64,000 nucleotides of DNA from sequence record PV340856.1. The stretch is one strand, 5' to 3'. This document shows, one piece after another, positions 55,487 through 63,657 of the stretch (position 1 is the stretch's first letter; each line of letters begins with the position of its first letter). Both the position numbers and the translations under genes were made by a program. The notes beneath the pieces were generated by a model, which did not search any database, was not told the origin of the DNA, and worked only from the letters and a program-made list of their open reading frames with translations.

Positions 55487-55759
55487 ATGATAAACAAACT
55501 ACGTAAACCATATGTCGGAGTTCCCGCTCCAAACTATCTCCGACCAGATCCTTGGTTTGGTGATCCAATTCTTTCCGAGAAAGCTCAAAAACTGAGAGAA
55601 GCAGACGTTCAGAGAGATATCACAGAAATTAGTATGAGACGACAGGCTACAAAAGAACCTGATAATATTCACGAAGTCATGTATAATATGGCTACAGATA
55701 ACGGTAAGACTACCGTTCAACTCAATCCTCCTGGTGGTTCTGAAAACTTCCAAGGTTGA
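55487..55759 (+). CDS. Hypothetical protein
   Basis: PDPWFG..NIHEVMY..QLNPPGGSENFQG. Confidence 0.65.
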   Translation: MINKLRKPYVGVPAPNYLRPDPWFGDPILSEKAQKLREADVQRDITEISMRRQATKEPDNIHEVMYNMATDNGKTTVQLNPPGGSENFQG

Positions 55760-55784
55760 CCTAATCCCATAAGTAGTGTAAACT
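55756..55784 (+). promoter_or_regulatory. Sigma70-type promoter for tRNA cluster
   Basis: TTGACC-N17-TAAACT, 8 nt before tRNA-Arg. Confidence 0.6.
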
Positions 55785-55792
55785 ACTTTTAT

Positions 55793-55866
<74 letters not shown>

Positions 55867-55870
55867 CTTC

Positions 55871-55952
55871 GTCGATGTGGCGGAATTGGTATACGCGCTG
55901 GGTTTAGGTTCCAGTGAGGCAACTCATGAAGGTTCAAGTCCTTTCATCGACA
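55871..55952 (+). tRNA. trnL: tRNA-Leu(TAG)
   Basis: Acceptor GTCGATG/CATCGAC; CTGGG-TTTAGGT-TCCAG; long variable arm; TTCAAGT. Confidence 0.92.
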
Positions 55953-55954
55953 CT

Positions 55955-56560
55955 ATGGATTTTAAAATTAGACAATATTGTAACGATCCCTTTAATACTT
56001 GTAGGTTATATGACCCTGCAATATTTGAATGTCCTTACGCAGAAGATATTAATCCAGGCCTCATGGAGTGGATTAAGTCCAATGTAATTCCACAACCTTC
56101 AAATAATGCATTAACAACTCCTTTTAAACCTACTAAAATAGGATTACCGATTAAAGAGTTGAAAGTTTTGTTTGATTGGATTAATTCTGTATCGGTTGAG
56201 TCTTCTGAAATGCTTGCTAGGGGTACAGGAACAGCATATCATTCTGCTCCTCCAGAATTTAAAAATTTTGAAGTTGCAGATTATTGGGGAATGTGGTATA
56301 ATGAAGGAGACTTTGCAGAAGAACATAATCATTTTCCATACTCAATGTCTTTTGCATACTATGTAAACTGCCCAGAAGGAAGTTCTCCTCTAGTATTAGA
56401 AGGCAATGAAATTCAGGTTACTGAAGGTAGATTGATTATGTTTGCTGGTCACCAAAACCACAAGGTAGATCCTTGTCCAGTAAATAATAGATTTATGATT
56501 GCTGGTAACATTGCGTATCTTGGTTTTGTAGACGATAATGCGGGTGTAGTTCAGCGGTAG
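55955..56560 (+). CDS. 2OG-Fe(II) oxygenase-like protein (stop inside tRNA-Gly)
   Basis: EHNH..HKV..RFMIAGN; start 55955 just after tRNA-Leu. Confidence 0.8.
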   Translation: MDFKIRQYCNDPFNTCRLYDPAIFECPYAEDINPGLMEWIKSNVIPQPSNNALTTPFKPTKIGLPIKELKVLFDWINSVSVESSEMLARGTGTAYHSAPPEFKNFEVADYWGMWYNEGDFAEEHNHFPYSMSFAYYVNCPEGSSPLVLEGNEIQVTEGRLIMFAGHQNHKVDPCPVNNRFMIAGNIAYLGFVDDNAGVVQR

Positions 56561-56611
56561 AACGCTATCCTTCCAAGTTAGATGTCGTCGGTTCGATTCC
56601 GATCACCCGCT
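56540..56611 (+). tRNA. trnG: tRNA-Gly(TCC)
   Basis: GCGGGTG/CACCCGC; loop CTTCCAA; GGTTCGATTCC. Confidence 0.93.
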
Positions 56612-56641
56612 TGTTAAATAGTAATGTGTGTGCAATGACAC

Positions 56642-56926
56642 ATGAATACCAAGTTACGAGTCCAACAATCATATGTCTGGTATGAAACTCCCAATCATAC
56701 CATGATCGTTAAAATGTATTTTTTGAATTATATACCTTTTACATTTGATGAGATTCCAGCTGTTGCAATGGATGATCCAGAAGTAATTATGGAAGCAAAT
56801 AAAAATCAAGTAATCACAACAGAACAATTGTATAAATCTGCTTCTTATCTTTCTGAAGAACTTGCAATGCCTTTAATTTATGAAATGGATTTAGAAAACC
56901 CACAAGATCTTCCAGATGCATTATGA
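56642..56926 (+). CDS. Conserved hypothetical protein
   Basis: IVKMYFLNYIPFTFDE..SYLSEELAMPLIYE. Confidence 0.7.
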   Translation: MNTKLRVQQSYVWYETPNHTMIVKMYFLNYIPFTFDEIPAVAMDDPEVIMEANKNQVITTEQLYKSASYLSEELAMPLIYEMDLENPQDLPDAL

Positions 56927-57579
56927 TTGACGCATGGTTCTGTGTTCCCATATACAGAAATTATATAATTCCCACCAAGGATCAAGATTTTAAAATTGAA
57001 AAGTTTTTTTATAAATATTGTCAAGACTTTGGACATCTCCTAGACGGTGGCATTCATAATGTTACTGGAGATATCACAGGACTTATTAAAATTTCCGAAC
57101 TTGATGAGTTTAAATGGATTAATTCTGATTTATGTTCGCATGTAAATAATTTTCTGAGACAAATTGGCGTAGATGTCTCAGAACATATGATTCACATACA
57201 GAAATCTTGGCCTGTTGTTTGTGACACAAATGGAAGTGTGTCTCCACATAACCATAAAAATGCACATATCAGTGCAGTTTATTATGTTAAATGTGATTCG
57301 GACAATGGCGGAGATATTGAATTCCATTGCCCACCTTATCACCCTATTTTAAATTTGCCAGTGATGCTGGAGAATAATTCTACAGTTAGATATACTCCAG
57401 AAAAAAATCTACTTCTAATTTTCCCTTCCTCTCTAGAACATAGAGTTACGAAATATATCGGAAAAGACTTCCGTTTTTCTATCTCTTATGATATAATGAT
57501 TACGTCAAAAAAAGACTCTGGACTGGATACAGAATTAATCGTGACACATCCATCAATGTGGACTGTTTTGGGAGATTAG
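56923..57579 (+). CDS. 2OG-Fe(II) oxygenase-like protein (stop inside tRNA-Val)
   Basis: PHNH..SAVYY..IFPSSLEHRV..RFSISYD. Confidence 0.8.
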   Translation: MIDAWFCVPIYRNYIIPTKDQDFKIEKFFYKYCQDFGHLLDGGIHNVTGDITGLIKISELDEFKWINSDLCSHVNNFLRQIGVDVSEHMIHIQKSWPVVCDTNGSVSPHNHKNAHISAVYYVKCDSDNGGDIEFHCPPYHPILNLPVMLENNSTVRYTPEKNLLLIFPSSLEHRVTKYIGKDFRFSISYDIMITSKKDSGLDTELIVTHPSMWTVLGD

Positions 57580-57641
57580 CTCAGAGGTAGAGCTACTCGT
57601 TTACACCGAGTCGGTCACTGGTTCAATCCCAGTATCTCCCA
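57570..57641 (+). tRNA. trnV: tRNA-Val(TAC)
   Basis: GGGAGAT/ATCTCCC; ACTCG-TTTACAC-CGAGT; GGTTCAATCC. Confidence 0.93.
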
Positions 57642-57648
57642 TAAAAAA

Positions 57649-57897
57649 ATGTTACACGTTAAATGCACTTGTTGCAATAAAGAAATTATTTCGTCTTCAA
57701 AGCTACAGACATGTGGTTGTGAAAATAATATGATTGTGAGAAATGGAACAGTCACTGCACAAGATTTAAATTACGTAGTTTTAATTAAATCTAAAGATAA
57801 TATAAAAAATCGTGGTTTCCTGACAAATGCTGACCTAAAATACCAAGAGGAACGACGCAAACGTAAAGTTCGTAAACTAACTTTTGAGGAACGCTAA
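57649..57897 (+). CDS. Zn-ribbon hypothetical protein
   Basis: CTCC..CGCEN; RKRKVRKLTFEER. Confidence 0.7.
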   Translation: MLHVKCTCCNKEIISSSKLQTCGCENNMIVRNGTVTAQDLNYVVLIKSKDNIKNRGFLTNADLKYQEERRKRKVRKLTFEER

Positions 57898-58097
57898 TGA
57901 TAAATCTCGATGAACGATACCATTCGTATCTTGCAGGACAGAAAAAATTTCGCATTGATGGTGTGGAGGAGGCAGTAAAAGGATATGGATTTGAGTGTGA
58001 TGGTTCATCAATTGTTGGTTATTATGTGTTGACAGAGAACCATAAACTCGTATATAATCTAAAAGAACAGTTCCAATATATGGAACATCTTTCTTAA
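57897..58097 (+). CDS. Conserved hypothetical protein
   Basis: MINLDERYHSYL..FRIDGVEE. Confidence 0.7.
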   Translation: MINLDERYHSYLAGQKKFRIDGVEEAVKGYGFECDGSSIVGYYVLTENHKLVYNLKEQFQYMEHLS

Positions 58098-58135
58098 ATA
58101 TATAACTTACGTTTAAAAAAATCGCATTAAAGATC

Positions 58136-58738
58136 ATGTTTCAAGTTCCAAACGCTGAATTGTTTTATCTCACTCAGAAGAATACTCTGAAGAGAAAATC
58201 CGTACATGATGAATTTAGAGGAAAGAAAGTTGTAGTTTACTTTGTTTGCGGAGCATATACCCCCACTTGCAGCACAAAACACGTACCTGAATATGAAGCT
58301 GCTTATGATGAAATCAGATCTTTGGGTATTGATGAAGTCTATTGTTGTTCTATGAATGATCCATGGGTTATGAAATCCTGGTGGAAGTCCATGGATATTA
58401 AGAAACATAAGTATCTGTGTGATGGAAACGGTGCTTGGCTCTTGAGGTTTGAGCAACTTGCTTCTGCAGGACAAAAAGTAGTTCAGTTCTTTAATACGGG
58501 TATGGGAAGACGTGCATGGAGACATGCTCTTGTCATTCATGACAATGTTGTTATGCATGAAGTGCAAGAGACTTCAGAAACTGGAGAAAAAAATAACTCT
58601 CCAGACGATCCATATGAATTCACTACTGCTCAATCAATCATTGACTATCTTAAAACAAGAGAAGAAGTCAAAAAGAGAAATTTAGAATTTAATGAATCTA
58701 AAACTTCATTGTCCGATCCTACAGATGTAAACATCTGA
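58136..58738 (+). CDS. Peroxiredoxin (Prx5/redoxin type)
   Basis: GAYTPTCSTKH peroxidatic motif, SMNDPWVMKSW, DGNG, GMGRRAWR. Confidence 0.85.
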   Translation: MFQVPNAELFYLTQKNTLKRKSVHDEFRGKKVVVYFVCGAYTPTCSTKHVPEYEAAYDEIRSLGIDEVYCCSMNDPWVMKSWWKSMDIKKHKYLCDGNGAWLLRFEQLASAGQKVVQFFNTGMGRRAWRHALVIHDNVVMHEVQETSETGEKNNSPDDPYEFTTAQSIIDYLKTREEVKKRNLEFNESKTSLSDPTDVNI

Positions 58739-58764
58739 TACTAACCCCCCCTTCGGGGGATCTA

Positions 58765-58838
58765 CGGGGCTTAGTTCAGTTTGGTAGAACGCTCGCTTTG
58801 GGAGCGAGAGGTCACAGGTTCAAATCCTGTAGCCCCGA
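58765..58838 (+). tRNA. trnP: tRNA-Pro(TGG)
   Basis: CGGGGCT/AGCCCCG; CTCGC-TTTGGGA-GCGAG; GGTTCAAATCC. Confidence 0.95.
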
Positions 58839-58854
58839 TTTCCACTACCCATGC

Positions 58855-59073
58855 ATGGAAAAAATTACAATACAACAATTAGAGTCCGATTTTGATGCCA
58901 TTTTTGAGAGGGTGGAAAAAGGTGAGTCCTTCCACATTCTCACACCAGATGGTAAGGACGTGATGATGGTTCCATCCGAGGATGTTATCAAGGCTTCTAT
59001 TGAGGCTGGAGTTGCATCTCCCATTGATGATGACTACTTCAAACTCTACCAAGAAACTGGTGAGGCTCCTTGA
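58855..59073 (+). CDS. Phd/YefM antitoxin-like small protein
   Basis: ITIQQLESDFDAIFERVEKGESFHILTPDGKDVMMVP beta-alpha-alpha-beta-beta pattern; acidic tail. Confidence 0.5.
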   Translation: MEKITIQQLESDFDAIFERVEKGESFHILTPDGKDVMMVPSEDVIKASIEAGVASPIDDDYFKLYQETGEAP

Positions 59074-59099
59074 CAAATCTAGTCCACGACAGTAAAATT
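59071..59099 (+). promoter_or_regulatory. Sigma70-type promoter
   Basis: TTGACA-N17-TAAAAT. Confidence 0.75.
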
Positions 59100-59121
59100 A
59101 ACTCGTAAACCAAACCGACTC

Positions 59122-59331
59122 ATGTCTGTTCAAGTTAAGTTCAAGAAGGATATTGGTATGCTGATCGCAGCAGCCAATGGTGATTTTTATCTTGATGTTA
59201 AAAATCCAAAACTTTATAAAAAAGTTCGTCGTTTTTATGAAAAAGAAGGTGTAGAATTTACAGGAGATGTTGAAGAGGATTATGAAATCCTCATTGACTA
59301 TCTCGCCTCTGATCTTAATTGTGCAGTTTGA
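59122..59331 (+). CDS. Conserved hypothetical protein
   Basis: KFKKDIGMLIAAANGDFYLDVKNPKLYKKV. Confidence 0.7.
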   Translation: MSVQVKFKKDIGMLIAAANGDFYLDVKNPKLYKKVRRFYEKEGVEFTGDVEEDYEILIDYLASDLNCAV

Positions 59332-59606
59332 TGCGTATTGCAAAAAAGCCAACCGTTCTTCTTGAGCGGTTCCCCTATCGTTATATTCAGTGTGGCACAC
59401 TAGAAATCAATGGTATGCCAGACTGTCGCATCCAAAAAGTAGATTCCTATACGGGTCGATACAGAGACATGTATCTGTGCGACAATGAGATGCAGTTGAT
59501 GACCGCTATGGAAGATCATGATTACACCTGCTGGTTAGATCCTGATGGTGTTCCTTGTTATGTTCGCGGTGATGTGGTTACAGCAAATGGTCGCGGAGTG
59601 ACCTAA
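59331..59606 (+). CDS. Conserved hypothetical protein
   Basis: LERFPYRYIQCGTLEINGMPDCRIQK..WLDPDGVPCY. Confidence 0.75.
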   Translation: MRIAKKPTVLLERFPYRYIQCGTLEINGMPDCRIQKVDSYTGRYRDMYLCDNEMQLMTAMEDHDYTCWLDPDGVPCYVRGDVVTANGRGVT

Positions 59607-59672
59607 AACCTGCCCTGGTGGAGCCAGTCTCGGGATGACTATAAAAGCGCCCTGGTCGGGATTATGACCCCC
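59589..59672 (+). ncRNA. Structured RNA with two tandem modules, manA-like candidate
   Basis: GGTC-gcggagt-GACC..GCCCTGGT and AGTC-tcgggat-GACT..GCCCTGGT; near tRNAs and sugar genes. Confidence 0.5.
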
Positions 59673-59680
59673 TGTTTAAT

Positions 59681-59929
59681 ATGAATGACGACTTTCCAAG
59701 TATTCCAGAACAAGCAAGAAACTTATCTAAGACTGCTTTAGATATTGCAAAGTCTCTCGCTGAGACTCGCAGACTTCTTGCTCCAGATGATTTAGTTGAT
59801 TTACGCAATTCCATTTGTGAATCTTGCGATCGATATGAATATGATTCTTCTAGATGCAAAGAATGTGGTTGTTTTATGGTGAACAAAGTCCGTTTTAATG
59901 GGGCTAAATGCCCTCTTGGTTATTGGTAA
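59681..59929 (+). CDS. Small Cys-rich protein
   Basis: CESC..CKECGC..CPLGYW. Confidence 0.7.
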   Translation: MNDDFPSIPEQARNLSKTALDIAKSLAETRRLLAPDDLVDLRNSICESCDRYEYDSSRCKECGCFMVNKVRFNGAKCPLGYW

Positions 59930-59930
59930 G

Positions 59931-60404
59931 ATGTTTGTATTAGATGATTTTTTAACTGATTTTCAGATTCAAAAAATCTATAATAGAAACCTCCCTTATG
60001 ATCATACCCTCTATCCGAAAGAGGAACTTGAATGCTTTTATCCTTTTTTTGATGAAGCAAAAAAACATTTTGATTTTTCAGAATGTATTGGTTATGAAGT
60101 CTGGAGACAACGCAATCCCCAGAATCTCGGTTGGCATTATGATCATGATGAAATTCTTCTTCAAACAGAGGATGTTTTTTCTTGGCCAATATGCACAATT
60201 GTTTACTACATAAGAGTATGTGATATTCTTGGTGGTAATCTTCTCTTTAGAGATGGAACGTCCATCAAACCGTTACAAAATCGACTAGTTATTTTTGGTC
60301 CTGGTATTGAACATGCTGTTGATGAAATGTTTACGGTTGATGGACACCGAGATTCTATTCTCATAAATCCCTGGACATATGAGATTAAAAACCCCGTAGG
60401 ATAA
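59931..60404 (+). CDS. 2OG-Fe(II) oxygenase-like protein
   Basis: WHYD..GGNL..EHAV..R. Confidence 0.75.
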   Translation: MFVLDDFLTDFQIQKIYNRNLPYDHTLYPKEELECFYPFFDEAKKHFDFSECIGYEVWRQRNPQNLGWHYDHDEILLQTEDVFSWPICTIVYYIRVCDILGGNLLFRDGTSIKPLQNRLVIFGPGIEHAVDEMFTVDGHRDSILINPWTYEIKNPVG

Positions 60405-60413
60405 GGGTTAATC

Positions 60414-60485
60414 CTGCTGGTGCGGATGGGATATATCCCGCCTGGTTTCCAATTTCCAGTAAAAGAATTGGTGGCGAGCCTGCAA
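60414..60485 (+). ncRNA. wcaG RNA motif candidate (pseudoknotted cis-regulatory RNA)
   Basis: GGGA/TCCC hairpin, CGCC/GGCG closing stem, crossing helices CTGG/CCAG and CCAATT/AATTGG; upstream of an oxygenase and NAD-dependent epimerase genes. Confidence 0.7.
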
Positions 60486-60496
60486 CCCCCCTAAAG

Positions 60497-61090
60497 ATGA
60501 AACCAAAGTACGAAGATTTTATAGGCCTTTATGAAGGAGCGGTAGATCCAGAGTTTTGTAATTGGATCTGTCGTTACATGGATAACTCTACTCATGTTCT
60601 TCCAAGAAACTTCATGCAAGTAAAAGATCAACAGATCTGCTTTAGTGCATTTTCTCCACAAGAGAATAAGCAACTAATGGAAATGGTTGATCGTTGCCTC
60701 TTCGACTATGTTAGTGAGTATCCATATCTTTCTAATTTTAATTATGTTAGTTCTTTGACTCTAGTGCAAAAAACTGAACCATGTCAAGGTTACCATCTCT
60801 TTCATGGTGAAAATCTAAACTGGGATGTTCAACACAGAACTCTCGCTTGGATGGTTTATTTAAATGATGTTAAGGAGGGTGGTGAAACTGAGTTTCAATA
60901 TCAGAAACGAAGAGTTCGTCCCAAAAAAGGAACAGTTCTTATTTGGCCTGGAGGATTTACTCATCTCCATAGAGGCAACCCTCCCTTGAGTGGTAACAAG
61001 TACATTGCCACTGGTTGGTATCAAGGATCAATTGGTTTACGTGAAGTGTACACCGCTGGTATTAATGATAAAAAACAAAACGAAGATTGA
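60497..61090 (+). CDS. 2OG-Fe(II) oxygenase (prolyl-hydroxylase-like)
   Basis: HLFHGE..YLND..GGET..THLHRG..KYIATGW. Confidence 0.85.
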   Translation: MKPKYEDFIGLYEGAVDPEFCNWICRYMDNSTHVLPRNFMQVKDQQICFSAFSPQENKQLMEMVDRCLFDYVSEYPYLSNFNYVSSLTLVQKTEPCQGYHLFHGENLNWDVQHRTLAWMVYLNDVKEGGETEFQYQKRRVRPKKGTVLIWPGGFTHLHRGNPPLSGNKYIATGWYQGSIGLREVYTAGINDKKQNED

Positions 61091-61094
61091 TTGG

Positions 61095-61119
61095 TTGGGT
61101 CTATTAAGACCCAATTTTT
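61095..61119 (+). terminator. Intrinsic terminator
   Basis: TTGGGTC/GACCCAA followed by a T-run. Confidence 0.65.
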
Positions 61120-61185
61120 GTTTTTGGGGTTGCAGAAAACTCTTAGACATAATATAATAAATAAGACGCAGTAAATTATTACAAC

Positions 61186-62220
61186 ATGGCGCAACAAAAA
61201 ACTGCACTGGTTCTCGGTGCTGGTGGTTTCATTGGAAGTCATATGGTTAAACGCCTGATCAGAGAAGGATATTGGGTCAGGGGTGTAGATATTAAATATC
61301 CAGAGTTCTCTGAGACGATGGCTCATGAGTTCGTTATTGGTGATCTTCGTAGTCATACTGTCGTTGAAGGTGTTCTCTCTGTCAACAATGGCACCTTTGA
61401 TGAGATCTATCAGTTCGCTGCAGACATGGGTGGTGCAGGGTATATCTTTACTGATGAACACTCTGCAGACATTATGCATAATTCTGCTAGTATTAATCTA
61501 AATATTTTGGATCGTCAGAAGAAACTGAATGATTTTCTTAGTGTAAACAAAACTAAGATTTTCTATAGTTCTTCTGCATGTATGTACCCAGAACGTAATC
61601 AACTGGACCCTGATAACCCTGATTGTCGTGAAGAATCCGCATATCCAGCAGACCCAGACTCCGAATACGGATGGGAGAAACTATTCTCCGAACGTGTATA
61701 CTTTGCTTACAACAGGAACTATGATATTCCTGTTCGTGTTGCCCGTTATCATAACATCTTTGGTCCCGAAGGAACCTGGGAGGGAGGAAAGGAGAAAGCA
61801 CCAGCTGCAATCTGCCGTAAGGTCGCCTATCTTCCTGAGACGGGTGGAGCAATCGAGGTGTGGGGAGACGGCTTACAGACTCGTTCCTTCCTGTTCATTG
61901 ACGAATGCATTGAAGCAACTCGAAGACTGATGGACAGTGACTTTATGGGTCCTGTGAACATTGGATCTGAAGAAATGGTACAGATCAATCAACTAGTTGA
62001 CACTGCTGCCAAAGTTTCTGGTAAAGTAGTAACTAAGTTGCACAAACTTGATGCACCTTTGGGTGTTCGTGGACGTAACTCCAACAATGATCTCATTCGT
62101 GAGAAACTTGGTTGGGATTATTCTCAAACCCTTGAGGAAGGTATCCGTAAAACGTATGAGTGGATCTCTGCTCAAATCAAAAACCGTAAACTAGCTGAAC
62201 GTGAATTGACCAATGTCTGA
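61186..62220 (+). CDS. NAD-dependent epimerase, GDP-mannose 3',5'-epimerase-like
   Basis: GAGGFIG, FAADMGG, SSACMYP, YGWEK, KAPAAICRK. Confidence 0.9.
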   Translation: MAQQKTALVLGAGGFIGSHMVKRLIREGYWVRGVDIKYPEFSETMAHEFVIGDLRSHTVVEGVLSVNNGTFDEIYQFAADMGGAGYIFTDEHSADIMHNSASINLNILDRQKKLNDFLSVNKTKIFYSSSACMYPERNQLDPDNPDCREESAYPADPDSEYGWEKLFSERVYFAYNRNYDIPVRVARYHNIFGPEGTWEGGKEKAPAAICRKVAYLPETGGAIEVWGDGLQTRSFLFIDECIEATRRLMDSDFMGPVNIGSEEMVQINQLVDTAAKVSGKVVTKLHKLDAPLGVRGRNSNNDLIREKLGWDYSQTLEEGIRKTYEWISAQIKNRKLAERELTNV

Positions 62221-62812
62221 AACTATTACTAAAGTACCCGATACAACTATTGTTCTCAGGAAATCTGAGATTCAAAACCTTGATGTCTCTGCACTAGAGA
62301 ATGCATCTCTTAATCCGAATGACTGGCTGTCTGCTGGACAATCTGAGTATCGTCTCTATGCATATCTGTCTACTTGTTTCAATGATTCTGTTATCCTTGA
62401 CGTAGGTACTCGCGTTGGTGGATCTGCTCTTGCACTTTCTTATAATGAAAACAACCGTGTCATTAGTTATGATTTGGTTGAGCAAGGTGCATCTAAAATC
62501 GTAAAGGATAATATTGAATTTAAGATTCAAGACTTTCGTGAAGACGAAACTCTAAACTACGATGAGATTTCAATCATTATGATTGATGTTGATCCTCATG
62601 ATGGTATTCAAGAAGTTGAGATGATGGAATTCCTGAACGACAAGGAATGGAAAGGTATTATTCTTCTGGATGATATTGGTCCTGCTTGGCCTGAGGTTCA
62701 GGACATGTGGGATGCAATTGAGGAGCCCAAGATTGATGTGACTGAAGTTGGTCACATGAGTGGAACTGGACTGGTAAACTTTGGATCTAAGCACACTGTT
62801 GATTGGGAATGA
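62213..62812 (+). CDS. Class I SAM-dependent methyltransferase-like protein
   Basis: ILDVGTRVGGSA, IMIDVDPHDG, LLDDI. Confidence 0.7.
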   Translation: MSETITKVPDTTIVLRKSEIQNLDVSALENASLNPNDWLSAGQSEYRLYAYLSTCFNDSVILDVGTRVGGSALALSYNENNRVISYDLVEQGASKIVKDNIEFKIQDFREDETLNYDEISIIMIDVDPHDGIQEVEMMEFLNDKEWKGIILLDDIGPAWPEVQDMWDAIEEPKIDVTEVGHMSGTGLVNFGSKHTVDWE

Positions 62813-63657
62813 AAATTACTATTTTGGGGTCTTCTGGTCAGGTGGGTGCCTACCTGACTCAGTATTTCAAGGCCAAAGGTCATGATGTAATTGAGTTTGA
62901 TAAAGTCAATGCAGACTGGCAGGATATGACTCGTATCCCCAATGTCAATCTGCAAGATGCTTTGAAGGATACGGATTTTTGTTTCTTTCTTGCATTTGAT
63001 GTGGGTGGCTCTCACTACCTGAAAAAGTATCAACATACATTTAAATTCCTTGATAACAATGCAAGGATGATGTGTAATGCTTTCCAGTATCTTGAAAAGT
63101 ATAAAGTTCCTTTCGTATTCGCCTCATCTCAGATGAGTAGCATGAGTTATTCTCCTTACGGAGTTATGAAGAGAGTTGGTGAACTATATACTGAGTCCCT
63201 GGGTGGCAAGATTGTTAAATTCTGGAATGTTTATGGTATCGAGAATGACATGGAGAAAGCCCACGTCATTACCGACTTCATCGACAAGGGATTTAGGAAC
63301 GGAGTCATCGACATGATGACAGATGGTACAGAACAACGAGAGTTTCTTTACGCAGAAGATTGTTGTGAAGCTCTTGAGGCAGTCATGCAAAATTATGATG
63401 ACTTCACCTCTACTGACCCTCTTCATATTACTTCTTTTGTTAGTACATCTATTCTGGAAGTCGGAAAGATTATTCAGAATCTATTTGATGCTGACGGTAA
63501 AGAAGTCAAAGTTATTCCTGCGGAGTCGAAAGACACTGTTCAGAAAGATGCTCGCAACCAGGCGGATACCTTTATTACTAAGTGGTGGAAACCCAAGACT
63601 AGTATCGAAGAAGGTATTGCAAAAGTCTATCGAGAAATGAAACATTACCATGAGTAA
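62809..63657 (+). CDS. NAD-dependent epimerase/dehydratase
   Basis: GSSGQVG, YGVMK (YxxxK), NVYG, REFLYAED. Confidence 0.85.
   Translation: MKITILGSSGQVGAYLTQYFKAKGHDVIEFDKVNADWQDMTRIPNVNLQDALKDTDFCFFLAFDVGGSHYLKKYQHTFKFLDNNARMMCNAFQYLEKYKVPFVFASSQMSSMSYSPYGVMKRVGELYTESLGGKIVKFWNVYGIENDMEKAHVITDFIDKGFRNGVIDMMTDGTEQREFLYAEDCCEALEAVMQNYDDFTSTDPLHITSFVSTSILEVGKIIQNLFDADGKEVKVIPAESKDTVQKDARNQADTFITKWWKPKTSIEEGIAKVYREMKHYHE

Noticed and set aside
55877-55954. Track ORF N-terminus MAELVYALGLGS..
   Set aside because: It is the tRNA-Leu gene read in frame; the real start is 55955
58745-58759. C-run/TTCG/G-run hairpin as a terminator
   Set aside because: No U-tract; more likely a processing or stability hairpin before tRNA-Pro
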